A stretch of DNA of 64,000 nt from Octopus vulgaris (GCA_951406725.2 OX597820.1:92814001-92878000), one strand, 5' to 3'. Positions 1-15,305 are shown, numbered from the stretch's first letter. The notes: generated by a model from the sequence alone, not told the origin. Translations and numbers: made by a program.

Positions 1-19
1 ACATTCAAAACCCTTAACA

Positions 20-152
20 TTCTGAGCACAAATTCCGACGAAGTCAAGTCTGCCATTCATTCTTTCGGAATCGATAAAAAATATACCAGTGGAGTACTGA
101 GATCGATATAATCGACTTAGCCCATTTCCAGAACTTGCTGGCCTTGTACCAA
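20..152 (+). mobile_element. 5'-truncated, degraded SINE (family S1, same as 45027-45256)
   Basis: ttctgagcacaaattccgacgaagtcaagtctgccattcattctttcggaatcgataaa aligns by eye to ttctgagttcaaattccgccgaggtcgactttgtctttcatcctctcggggtcgataaa at ~45095-45152. Confidence 0.7.
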
Positions 153-555
153 GATTCCTTTGGTGACAAAGATTTCCAAAACGTTACTTAAGTCTCCCTG
201 TTATTACAGATACAATATTTACAGCCTTTATATCACCTGAATAAATTGTATTTTTATTACTTTGGCATTTTGGCATTTCTACATATATACGTCTGCAAGT
301 CTGCATAGCTATATATAAAGTATGTATATGTCTTTTATATATACACACAAACACACACATACACACACACACTAATATATATATATATACATACATATAT
401 GTGAGTGTATGTGTGTGTGCGTATGCCTGTGCGTGTGTGTTTGTGCATATGTGTGTTTGTGTGTGTGTGCCTATGTGTGTGTATATATATATATATATAT
501 TAGAGAGATAGAGAGAGAGATAGATAGAGAGACAGAGAGACAGAGAGACAGAGAG

Positions 556-712
<157 letters not shown>

Positions 713-1139
713 TGCGTTACTTGGAAATTTTCTGCTCGACAGCTTATGTGGTTGTGCTCCTGTATATGTGCATGAGATAATGTTTAAATTATGTACCTAC
801 GTCGGTATATTACTAGTTTGCAACAACCACAGTCCGCCACCCCACCTCACTAATACAAGTTTTATTCAATATACTTTTCCAGTACCTTCCCCCAATCACC
901 AACATTTTCAACAATTTAGACTAGAATACCAATGTGAGCGTGCATATGAGTTTGTATCTAGGTATACCTGTATACGCATTACTGTGTATATGAGTTTGAG
1001 TGTACGTGTAGATATATGTGTATAAGCATATATATGTGTATGCGTATGCATAGGTGTGTATACGTCAGTATGCATGCTTTAAATGAATGAGTTTATAAAC
1101 GCGTATGTACAGATTTTGGTCTGAATTATGTATTTGTGT

Positions 1140-1672
<533 letters not shown>

Positions 1673-2254
1673 CATGGACACATACACATATGTGTATTTA
1701 GAAAGGACACATATACACATAGGATATATGTGTAAGATATGTGCCAAAATCCAAAAGTAGAAAGTGTTGTAAAATATAGATTGACACGTGAGAAAATGAA
1801 ATTAAGCACAAAGGAAACAAAGCAAAACAGAAGTCAGAAAAAAGCACAATTCGTACGCTTGATATGTATGTATGTATGTATGTATGTAGGTTGTATGTAT
1901 GCATGTATGTATGTGTCTGTATGTATGTACGACTACGTAATCTTTTAGATGGTAGCTGTCTCACGGTCAGCCTGATTTTTCTGAATTAGTTTCATCGCTG
2001 CATGTGCACTAGGACTTTATAGAATGTAAAACGGATCAAGAAATGAAATGATAGCGAGAGATCTGCACGTTATTTAATTTAAGTGACAAAAGAGGGTACA
2101 TCATTTTTGCCACTCTCTCGCTCGCCATCGTACGTTTCAGAAGAAAGCATATTAATGTTAATAGCACTCCTTGACAAAAAAGGAACGGGTCAGAGCACTA
2201 CAACATGAAATGAGTAAATATTCAGTGGGCCATGGCACTGATCATAGGAAGGTA

Positions 2255-2458
2255 TTCTTTTATTTTATTTGCTTCAGTCATTTGACTGTGGTAATGCCGG
2301 AGCACCGTCTTTTAGTCGAAGAAATCTACCGTATGACTTATTGTTTGTAAGCATGCTACTTATTTTGTCGGTATCTTTTGGCGAAATGCTAAGTTAAGGG
2401 AACCATATCGGTTGTAAAGTGATAGTGGGGGTGACAAATACAGACACAAAGACACGCG

Positions 2459-2547
<89 letters not shown>

Positions 2548-2549
2548 AC

Positions 2550-2616
<67 letters not shown>

Positions 2617-2663
2617 CATATGTATATATATATATACAAGATTTATTCATTATACTTTTCCAG

Positions 2664-2720
<57 letters not shown>

Positions 2721-2858
2721 CAGGTTTCTTTTAGTTTCCGTCTACCAAATCCATTCGCAAGGCTTTGGTCGACCCAAGGCTATAGTAGAAGACACTTGCC
2801 CAAGGTGCCTCGCAGTGATTGGGAAGCAAGCTTCTTACCATACAGCCACGCCTGCGCG
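2255..2858 (-). mobile_element. tRNA-derived SINE (family S2) with expanded internal (TA)n tract
   Basis: Minus strand reads gcgcaggcgtggctgtatggtaagaagcttgcttccca...gcaccttgggcaagtgtcttctactatagcc...ggtagacggaaact, then (TA)n, then the tail ggtgctccggcattaccacagtcaaatgactgaa. Homologous to copies at 56290-56755 and 63028-63783. Confidence 0.85.
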
Positions 2859-3285
2859 TGTATGGTAACTACTCTGTATAGATTTAGGATTTATTCGACC
2901 GCCTCATAAAAACATTCTTATTTTGCGTGCCTACAATGTCTTAGAGTCACTTTCAAAGATCGGCCCATTATGCTGTGTATCTAACCAACATACATTTCAC
3001 TGTGGGGCATTTATAAATCACCTTGAATATCAACAGGCGCCGGAAGTCTAAATAATTAATTATTGAACTGTGCTCTACTCAATCGCTTGAAACCTATTTC
3101 TTTGTTGCACTACTAGAAGGCTATAGCTAATTTATCATTCACGCGACTTCATTCCAACATAAAACTTTGTTATATACACTCACGCACACACACACACACA
3201 CGCATACATTCACACATATAAATGTATCTATGTGCGTGTGTGTACGTGTTTTTGTGGATGTATATGTGTGTGTACATACGCAAGC

Positions 3286-3353
<68 letters not shown>

Positions 3354-3370
3354 GTATGTATGTATCTATG

Positions 3371-3403
<33 letters not shown>

Positions 3404-5419
3404 GTGTATTACGCATATATGTGCGTTTGTATCTACGTTTATATGTATATTTCATCTTCGCTAACATCTAAAAATAGACAGAATCTATTAAATATCCTTT
3501 TTGAACTTCTAATATATGTGCAAAACGCACGAGGAATCTCCAACGTTTAATCAGATTAAAAGTTAATCCCCACCACCAATTACAATTAAACAAATATAAA
3601 ACATTTAGCAAATAAAAAATGATCCTGAAGTTTGATCTCAAGCGTTACTAATTTAAATAGCTAAATATCTTTTACTCAGTGCCATGTCACGTGGATTTAA
3701 ATAGTATAATAGTCAGTGCATGAGGGCATTCGCAAGCAGATTTCTAAGTACATATTTCCCAATTCTTTGTGTGTGTGTGACATTTAGATACAAAATAATA
3801 TACGATATTTACGAAAGGTTGTTCCACGAGATAATTTATACTATAAAAATAAGAAGAAAATACTTAGAGAACATTATCGTGGAAAACATATAGATGATAT
3901 TTACATTTTTAACTAACCGCCTGCAGGCAAATGCAAAATGCATTACGTCAACGAATGACACTACGTAGATCGTCAATTAAAATACGGGAATACATATAAA
4001 TAGGACTTAGTGGACATGTGGATATATGTGCAAGTAAGAAACAACCACACTTTTTGATTTTTCTTACCTATATATTTGGTGAAAATACAACTCAGCGTCA
4101 ACAGATTAATGCAGAAATAGCCTTCATTTTCAAATAGCGACTACGTCTAGATTCCTGTGGCGGAGATAAGGAGACAACCACCACCGACAACAATACTGCA
4201 AACCTAACTGAGTCCACCATCACGATTACTGATAGATTATAGATAAATAATAGCTATTAACCAACACTACTGCTACTAGTACTTAGACGAAATACTTCAT
4301 TAAGCTACTGGGAAACCTAGCTGTTGCTACTACGGCGGTCTTCTCCACCACAAGCAGACCTACCAGGTACCACTATTATTATATATATATAAATGCAAAA
4401 TGGGGCAAGAACGCAAAACATTCAAATAGACGATACAAAAAATACGGCCGGGTCATTCGAAGCCTCTAATCTTCAGTCAAGAACCAGATCAGCCTCGCAA
4501 TTTCGGCTGATTAATCTTGAGATTGTTCTGATCTGACCAGCCCCAAGGAAAAACTAAGCTACGAGCATTAAATTTCTTGGAAAAAGGATCGAATGTATAC
4601 GAAACAAGGACATAAAAACGGACGATGTTACACGAATATAAATACAAAAACCAAAAAATAATACGAATATAAATACAAAAAACAATGATGATAATAATAA
4701 CAGGACATAACAACATGCGTCTTTCGACTTAGACGAATTGAACTCAGCTGGCGTATTTGAAAAATAATGCCTTACAGCAGACGAAGAAAGCGATGTTATC
4801 GTGGCGCTGGTCCGAAGCGAAAAGGTTATAGTTGGTCAGCGGTCACGTGAGAAGAGAAGAGAGAGAAAAAGAGGGGCAAAGGTATTAAGGAGGGGAGAAG
4901 AGAGAAAAAAAGAGGAACAAGAAATGAAGGAGTGGGAGAAGAAAGAGAGCGTGCCATCACTGTCAAATAGGAACAGTCAGAAGGAAAAGAAATAAAGCAC
5001 CATGTGATCTCTATAAGGAAACGTGAAGTTCCACGACTGATATTATGAAAGTTTAATTTATTTCGATATTTTTCCATTTTATTCCAGCAAGAAGAGATCA
5101 TCTTCAAACGACTGAAACCGGTAGTTGGTTAAGTAAAAAATACATAGTGTCTTTCTGTTTTCCATTATAAATTACTCTTGCCATGTTTTCGAAAGGCGTG
5201 GAAACTGAAAGAAGCTCCTCGTACATATATATGTATGTATATATGTTTATGCGTGTCTGTCATCGTATCTGAGTTTGTCCCCTCACCATTGCTTGACAAG
5301 CAACGTTGGTGTATTTATGTCCATAAGTCCTGGGGTTGATTTGTTCGACTAAATCCCTTTAATGAATATTTATATATACATATATATATATATATATAAA
5401 TATGAATAATATATATATA

Positions 5420-5459
<40 letters not shown>

Positions 5460-5567
5460 TGAATAATATATATATATGCATATATATATACATATATATA
5501 TATCCCTCTATTTCCCTCTTTTACTTGTTTCAGTCATTTGACTGTGGCCATGCTGGAGCACCACCTT

Positions 5568-5627
<60 letters not shown>

Positions 5628-6504
5628 CATGCATATATGGATACAGGATGTCACCAACAGTAAACAACACACGAAATACGAAAACAAGTGAGTTCAATAG
5701 GTAAACAACGAAAGAAGCAAATGAAAAAGTAACAGAAAGAACGACCCTTCGTTAGTCCCCTGTACTAAATAGTAAGTATATGTAGTAGGTAATCATATCT
5801 CCATATCTACAGTTTATATTTATATACAGATAGAATATTTAGTGGGTTGTTATGTAGGTGAAGGTATGTGTGTGTGCATGTGTATATGTATATGTATATG
5901 TATGTAAGCAAATGGATATGAAAGTAAACAGATGCAGACAGATAGGTACATAGGTAATATGAACGGACAAGCAGACATACATACACATATGCAAAAGAAG
6001 ACTGAAACACATGACCATATACACACACACTTCCCTTCACACAAGGAAACATATGGAAACACACATCTACACATATGCAGATATACATCTATACATGCAT
6101 ACATAGCACATACTCACAAAAATCCATACACACACTCATACACACAGACACACTTAGACATGCACATACAAGGAGACAGAGGTACATATATACACATGCA
6201 AAGACACACACACATAGAAACACACAAACACATGAATAGCTAGAATACATACATACAAACGTACACACATACATATATATATATACATACGCACACACAT
6301 ATACATACATGTATAAACACACTTACATGCATACATACATACACACAAACATGTATATGCGCACACCCGCTGACCCACACACATGCGCACAAACAAAGAG
6401 AACGCAACTTGGATAACGGACAGACGCAACAACAATTGAAAAGGTGGCCAGAGGCAACGAAAATGTTAGAGAATTAAATAAGTAAAGGAGTGGAATTTTT
6501 ACTG

Positions 6505-8070
6505 TAGGGGTTGCACACAATAATGGAAACACCTTAAAATTTCAAACAAAGTTATTGTAATATGTAGTAGGACCGCCTTTTGCAGTAATTACAGCTTGAA
6601 CTCTAAGAGGTATGAACTCGTACAAAGTTTGAATTGTTTCCAAAAGAAATTTTGACCATTCTTCAGCTAAAACATTTTCCAGTTCTTGTACTGATGATGG
6701 TGGAGGATATCGACTCCTTACTTGTTTTTCTAAAATGCACCGTAAATGTTCGATAATATAGAGATCTGGAGATTGTGGCAGTCAGATAAGATGTTCAACT
6801 TCACTAGAATGTTCCTCGTGCCATTCAGTAACAACTTTAGCTGTGTCAATTGGTGCATTATTATCCTGAAAGATTGCGTTTCACTCCGGAAACAGTTCCG
6901 GAACCATAGCATGGATTTGATCAGATAAAATGCTTAAATAGTCTTGACTATTAATTCTGCAATGACAGGAAACCATTGGGCCGGCGGATTTCCAATATAT
7001 AGCCTCCCAGATCATCACAGATCATCCTCCATGTTTAACAGTCGGAAGAAGTCCGTCTGGATCAAATCCTTCTTTTGGCTGTCTGCACTCGTATACTTGG
7101 CCAGTGGTTGGAAATAAGGTAAAGGATGAGAAAATAACATTCTTCCCCTGCTCTAGGAACCAATGCTGTAGGTTTTTACTCAACTCTGATTGAATTGCAA
7201 TTTTTGTTTTCGAAAGTCTTGGTTTTCTGATTGCAACTCTCTCGTGAAATGCGGCTTTCTGCAGCTCCCGCTGAATCTTTCTGTGGAAACTGCGTTTTTA
7301 AGGCGGTCATTAAGCACTGCAGTAATTTTAGGAGCTGTACATTTGTGATCCTTTCTAACAATTCGCGTAAGAGTCCAACAGTCCCTATCTGAAAGTTCTG
7401 GTTTTCTTCCGGAGTTTTGTTTCGACGAGAAGAGTTTTCCCTCTTTCTCAAAGGCTGTCATTACTTTCGAGACAGTACTTCTTGATAGACCAAACATTTC
7501 GGCTGTTTTTCGTTACGCTAGCCCCTGCCATACGAGCACCAACAGTTTGACCTCTTTGAAAGTTCGACAGATCTGTCATTTTAATGACTTTTAATTAACT
7601 TTTTCTGATTATATCTGAAAAGAAACAGCAATTTTAGCAAAAAAACATAAAAATAAACAAGCTTTTGACGGTTTTATAGATATGATTTTGATTTTGATTT
7701 TTCCAGTTTCAGCTAATGAGCTGTGGCCATGCTGGGGCACCGCCATTTGGTTTGCTACACGATTTTACCTCACGGATGCTTTTTAGCAAACGCCATCTGA
7801 TGCATGAGAGAGTTCGATGCAGCTGCCCTCATCTGCACCTCCTGCCTTGAAGTTGGTTCATCCGGGACACCTGACAGGAAGAGATCCAGTCCTACTTTAA
7901 AGACATCCGCATCTACACCATGCAGGTCCCTCAGCTTCTTCGGGAGGATATTGAAGAGCTGTGGGCCTCTGAAGCCCAGGCTATCACAATATCTTGTCCT
8001 ACATCTTGAATTATGATCAGAATTATGATGCTATGATCCCAGGTGTTTCCATTATTTTCTGCAAACCCTA
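6505..8070 (-). mobile_element. Tc1-type DNA transposon (DD36E spacing), decayed, interrupted by a LINE fragment
   Basis: TIRs aggggttgcacacaataatggaaacacc / ggtgtttccattattttctgcaaaccct. Transposase from ATG ~7579 (MTDLSNFQRGQTVG...SGRKPELSDRD) to ~6558 with stops and frameshifts; FQDNNAPI...PQSPDLYIIE. Colinear with 57011-58309. Confidence 0.92.
7687..8011 (-). mobile_element. 5'-truncated CR1-like LINE 3' end inserted in the Tc1 element
   Basis: Minus frame SLGFRGPQLFNILPKKLRDLHGVDADVFKVGLDLFLSGVPDEP...RAAASNSL resembles a CR1-group ORF2 C-terminus. (AAAATC)n tail; TATGAT at 7681-7686 and 8012-8017 is a candidate TSD; absent from the sister Tc1 copy. Confidence 0.8.
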
Positions 8071-8369
8071 TACATAAATACACACATACATACATATATA
8101 TATATATAGGTAGCTAACCTCTATGATAGTACATACTTTTCTTGTCTGGCCCAAGCAATATATTGCCTGTTGTTTAAACTTGACAGATGTTTTGATGAGA
8201 ATGTTCCACCAATATTCCATATGTTGACGTTTCTGTCTGCCTGCATTCAATTACAAGGGGATCATCTCTATTTATTCAAGGACAGCATATTTTCACATTG
8301 AAGTTAACATATATATTATACCGAAATATCTTCTCCTTCAATTTTTACCATTGAGAATTAATAGTAATA

Positions 8370-8611
8370 AGGTTAATTTGGGAGGTTAAGCAGTTGGGGA
8401 TCTATGAAAAAGCTGGTAGCAGTACCAATAATTGTCGGAGCCCCGGGAACAGTGAGTAACAATCTTGCGAAGTACGTGGAACAAATAGGGGCTGCGATAA
8501 GGCTGGAGCACTTGCAGAAAATAGCACTGCTTGGAGCCGCTCGAATACTCCGGAAGGTAGTGAACAGCTGACACTGTATTACATCTTCAGCGTTAGAAGC
8601 TGTGCAAAGGA
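8370..8611 (+). mobile_element. 3' end of REL-endonuclease non-LTR retrotransposon (R4/Dong-like, family C)
   Basis: EVKQLGSMKKLVAVPIIVGAPGTVSNNLAKYVEQIG...LQKIALLGAARILRK; 3' UTR matches 18808-18870; followed by (TAA)n. Confidence 0.8.
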
Positions 8612-8797
<186 letters not shown>

Positions 8798-9156
8798 GAT
8801 CAATACCAGCAGATGACAACATTTCTCTAAAAGAAATGGAGAAACTTTCAAAATACAAAGACCTGGAAATAGAGGTAACTCGAATGTGGTATCTAAAAAT
8901 AGAAACAATTCCTATCATAATAGGCGCATTAGGTATGATAAAATATTATTCAGACAAATACATAACAAAAATATCATGACTTACAAATATATATAACATA
9001 GAGAAAATTGCACTACTGGGCATTGCACACATCCTACGCAAAACACTTTCAATACAGTAACCATAAGAGCATCACAACAAACCACAGCACATAGCCAGGG
9101 TACACAGAGCTGCGCTCGGTAGTGATGTGAAAGCACGATATAAATTTAAAACTACA

Positions 9157-9158
<2 letters not shown>
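8798..9158 (+). mobile_element. 3' end of REL-endonuclease non-LTR retrotransposon (R4/Dong-like, family A)
   Basis: SIPADDNISLKEMEKLSKYKDLEIEVTRMW...ALLGIAHILRKTLSIQ*; high identity to 16305-16670; followed by (TAA)n at 9159-9233. Confidence 0.85.
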
Positions 9159-9227
<69 letters not shown>

Positions 9228-9837
9228 TTAATAAAGAATATATTTTCTTTAAGGTTCATAATTTCATATCATTAATTTCTCTTTAGAAATCAGCATCTAA
9301 ATCTCCATCTGAGTGGAAAAATTTTAAAAGATGGTGTACAGAAACCCAAACGAGAAAAGTCTAAATTTGCGTGTGAGGATAGATGTGTGTGTATGTGTGT
9401 GTGTGCTTTTGGTGTGTGTATGTATATGCTTGGCTAACTCCAAAACTACTTCAACAGTTTACATACAAGATAGTACCAGCAAAAAGGGTCTATATTATTG
9501 AGATTCGCTTATCACATCTCATAAATTATAAAAAATATATCTACAAAACTCTTACTGCAATGTCATTATATCTTGTGAGCGAAACACTGACTTCAATTAG
9601 GAGGACGGAAACACGCTTAACAACGAAAACAAAACTGTCATTCGAGCTGTGCATGCTTTTCCCTTCTTAATGCACGCCTACACAAACACATAGATATGAA
9701 TATACATGCATACACCAACACCACCACACGCATATATGTTGTATATATCCATATATATACACACATGTATGTATGCATGTATATATATATATATATATAT
9801 ATATAATTATATATATATGTATATATATAATTATATA

Positions 9838-9959
<122 letters not shown>

Positions 9960-9965
9960 ATTAAT

Positions 9966-10005
<40 letters not shown>

Positions 10006-10337
10006 TTGGGGTACACATTGATCTCTGTATGTCTGAGAGAGGAAAAAGTCAAATAAGCTAAGGGAAAGTTCTGTAAAAAAAATAATCAATTCACGGTTTG
10101 TTTCGGTAACGTACAAAAATAATTCGGCATGGAAGTCATAATATTTATTCAGGAGCCTACAGAAAATGCAAACAGTATATATTTTCGTGTGAGATGAGAA
10201 TGTAACGAAAGAAATATTCAGAAAGCAAATATAAAAATGAATATAAAAATACGTACAATCACGCATATATAAGTATGTACATTTATCTATACAAATAGAC
10301 ACACATACACACACACACAAAGACCCACAAACACATA

Positions 10338-10368
<31 letters not shown>

Positions 10369-10649
10369 GCGTATGAATACTGTGCATATATATACATATA
10401 CACGCAGATACTTATTTATATATGTGATATATATGTATATATATATATAGTCTATGTTTGTATATGTACATGTACAGACATGCATGTCTAAGTATGTACC
10501 GATATATATACATATATATATATATATATAGAGAGAGAGAGGGAAATGGAGAGAGAGAGAAAGAGAGCGAGAGATACAAATATATATATATGTATGTATG
10601 TATATATATTTATGTATATTTATATATATGTGTATGTATATAAACTGCT

Positions 10650-10680
<31 letters not shown>

Positions 10681-10681
10681 G

Positions 10682-10714
<33 letters not shown>

Positions 10715-10715
10715 G

Positions 10716-10748
<33 letters not shown>

Positions 10749-10816
10749 GTATATGTATATGTATATATATATATATATGTATACATATATACATATATAT
10801 ATATACATATATATAC

Positions 10817-10918
<102 letters not shown>

Positions 10919-11574
10919 TTTATCAGCTGAAGGAATGTGTCTCATTTTAACATAGCTTTACGTTCCTATAAAAACACTAACAAATACCGTCGCTCTGTGA
11001 TAACGAGGTTATTTCAAATCGTGTAAGCGGTGAGACAAATAAACAAACAAACAAACAAACAAACAAACAAACAAATAAACAAACAGGGCAGCTGACAAAC
11101 AAACTGACAAACAAATTAAAAAGACAGAATAAATAAAAAAATATCACAAACTAAAATATCATTATCCGCTATTTCAAAGTTTTGTGCCGTAAAGTCGGCA
11201 ATGTTGATTTTTATTCGAAAGGGTAATAATCCGGAACAGGAAATATATATAATGGTGGTGGAGAGATGCAAAGAGAAGAGAAAGGGATGAAGTGAATAAA
11301 TAGAAGAGAAAAGAAAATGACTCAGAGACACAGAAAAGGAAGGTAATAATCACATGAGTTGGGCATTATGCAGAATCACTTCTTTTAGTTGATTCTATTT
11401 CCATCCTAGAAATGAACAGTCTAGATTCAAAATGAATAGAGAGTAACTCATCAGGTCTCATTCATAGCCATCGACTTTGCATACTTCCTCTACTCCCGCC
11501 ATTTCTTTAACTCTGTCTCTCCTTCTCCCATTCTCTATCTACATATATATAAATCATATTATATAATACCCCCC

Positions 11575-11662
<88 letters not shown>

Positions 11663-11705
11663 TATATATATATTCATATATATATATATATATATGTGTA
11701 TATAT

Positions 11706-11750
<45 letters not shown>

Positions 11751-11846
11751 TATATATTTATATATATGTTATATATATATATATGTTATATATATATATA
11801 TATATACATACATCTATGTATGTATGTATTAATGAGTGTGCATGCA

Positions 11847-11884
<38 letters not shown>

Positions 11885-12014
11885 TGTGTGTGTGTATGTA
11901 TATACATATCATTACATAGATGTCAGTAGTTACCACCTTAAACATCGCTGCATCGATCTTTCTTTCATTGAGTTATTAAACATTCAACCTATCCTTATCT
12001 TTGACTCGATGTCT

Positions 12015-12375
<361 letters not shown>

Positions 12376-12815
12376 TTTAGACATATACATTGTGAGTTAT
12401 AAAGCACAGGAAACGCCGCCCCCAAAAGTTATATGCATGCGTATTCTGTATGTTTCAGTCTTTCTCCTTCCACCCGGCACCCCGCACACATGTGCCGATG
12501 CTTGTGAATAAGCATGTGTATCGTTAAGCATGCCTACACACACATAAGCACACACATACACTCATACATACATATATATATACAGACATATAAAACATAT
12601 ATATATACATATATATACATACATATATATGTATATATGCATGTGTATATGCATATTTAAATATATACATACATACAAGTATATACATATATATACATGT
12701 ACATTCGTGCGCACGCACACTCACACACGCACGCACGTACACATATACGCGTGCAAATATATATCTATATCTATATCGATCTATCTATCTATCTATATAT
12801 ATATATATATATATG

Positions 12816-12902
<87 letters not shown>

Positions 12903-13456
12903 GTATGTATATACATATGCAACGCATATATACATATCGCAGTACAAATATTCATTCACATTTTCTCTTAAAACAAACTACAAGCCTATATATATATATG
13001 CGAGCGAGCAAACACCCACGCACACACAGGCACGCACACACACATACCCACATGCAAGCAAACAAACAAACACACACACACACACACACAAAAAGAACAC
13101 AGATATCCACACACTCTCGCACACAATTTCCTTTTATCAACAACAGAAAATATTCATTTCCTTTTATATTTTGTGTATTTTTCCAAATATTTGGTTCCAG
13201 TCTTCCTTTCATGTTTCTCATTTTTTAGTAATCAAGCATCCTAGAGGGGTGGCTAAACTAATTCATATCCTATAGTGTATTTTAGATATTTAACGACGCT
13301 CTCTATCTCTCTCTCTATCTCTCTCTCTCTCTATCACTCTCTTTCTCTTCTCTCTCCCTATCACTCTCACTTCTTCCTTTCTTTTTCGGTTCTCCTTGTT
13401 CTTCCTTCTCATCTTGTCCATCCCCTTGTTTGCGTATCCATCTATCTATCTCTCTA

Positions 13457-13503
<47 letters not shown>

Positions 13504-13694
13504 TATGATATATATATGTGTGGGTCTATATATGTATTTATATATATATATATATATATATACATATATATATAAACACATATTCATACATGTATAAAAA
13601 ATACATATATAGACCCACGCATATATATCATATAATATATGCATGTATGCATATGTATGTGTGTCTGTATACATATATATTTAAAGTTTATAAA

Positions 13695-13780
13695 TAGTCC
13701 TGGGGTCGGTTTGCTAGACTAAAGGCGGTGTTCCAGCATGGCCACAGTCAAATGACTGAAACAAGTAAAAGAGTAAAAGA
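13695..13780 (+). mobile_element. SINE S2 3' tail fragment
   Basis: agtcctggggtcggtttgctagactaaaggcggtgttccagcatggccacagtcaaatgactgaaacaagtaaaagagtaaaaga. Confidence 0.75.
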
Positions 13781-13874
13781 TATATATATAGATAGATAGA
13801 TAAATAGATGGATAGAGAGATAGATACACACATACATACACATACACGCACATACATATATCTATCTCTCTCTC

Positions 13875-13913
<39 letters not shown>

Positions 13914-13914
13914 T

Positions 13915-13948
<34 letters not shown>

Positions 13949-14100
13949 GAGAAAGGGAGAAAGGGAGAAAGAGAGAAATATCTGTGTGGCTATGTCTATG
14001 TTTTGTGTGTGTTTATATGAGTCCATGTATGTTTGTGTAGAATGTTTGTGTACGTAGTAAAGCGGAAGCCAGGAAACGTGATAGAAAAATGCATCATATA

Positions 14101-14336
14101 CGGGGTTGGACAAAAGTCAGCCGGCAGTAAATCAAAATTCCATAAATACTATCTGTAATTCTGTATTGACTCGAATGGGAAAAAAATGTATCGCTCAATA
14201 AGGACTTCAGTTTGAAAATATTTTGTGATGTTTCTTATTTAGATGCTTTTCTCAAATTCATTCAGTTGTTAAACATAAATAAATCTTGGAATTAGACGGT
14301 TTTGATTTACTGTCTGGTGACTTTTGGCCAACATTG
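14101..14336. mobile_element. Tc1/mariner-type MITE (236 bp)
   Basis: Imperfect ~37-bp TIRs (cggggttggacaaaagtcagccggcagtaaatcaaaa vs reverse complement of right end caatgttggccaaaagtcaccagacagtaaatcaaaa); TA on both flanks; no ORF. Confidence 0.75.
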
Positions 14337-14588
14337 TATGTATGTTTATAGGTGGATGTGTGTGTTTGAGAGAGAGATATGGAAGTGAATGTGTCTGCAT
14401 GAATGCAAACATGCGCATAACATATGCGTATATCATAATGTCTTAGAAAATATAATTTCCAGAGGATTATTCGAAAATGTGTGTTCTGACTAAAAGTAAA
14501 TATTAATAGCTTGAAATTACAAAACAATGTCACATAAAACATTTTATTTATCTAAGAGTTATATGCTGCCAATAAAAGAAATATGATA

Positions 14589-14659
<71 letters not shown>

Positions 14660-15241
14660 ACTCTTACTCTCCCTATATTTCTTGCTCTCTGTCTCAATCT
14701 CCCTATCCCTATCCCTCGCTCTTTTCTCCCTCTCTCTTTTTTTTTTTTGTCACACATACACATACATACACGTATGTGTTGCTATTATGCAAAAGTGTCT
14801 TAAGTTCAAAACGTTGCTGCTTCAGAAAGCGAAAAAATAGTTTCACCATTCCATAGCAAAACTGTTGCACTACACTTTGACAATTTTTGTTATCTTGGCA
14901 TCTGAAGCAACTGGAGATACGGTTGTTTGAACAAAAGAACCAGCTATTGCAAGTAAAAATAAATATTGAAAAAGACACATTTGCCCAAATTTGGAGATAC
15001 GACAGTTTGAAATAATGGCGCGATTTAAATAAGAGTTTTGACTGCTATTTCCAGCAGATAAACATAAATAGTATGTCCTTTGATTCATTTTAATCTTTCT
15101 GCTATTTAATGTTTTGGGGGACCTGCAATCGCCTATATTATTCATTCTGTTGTTATCATTTTTAAATTGTTACACTAGATAATAATAGAGTCAATGATAT
15201 CTTCACAAATTATTTTTCTCGTGAATTATTCGCCCCTTATT

Positions 15242-15305
<64 letters not shown>

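Noticed and set aside
5640-5765. Possible Penelope-like terminal fragment with a hammerhead
   Set aside because: Only a degenerate cuaacga-like box on the minus strand; the rest of the motif is absent.
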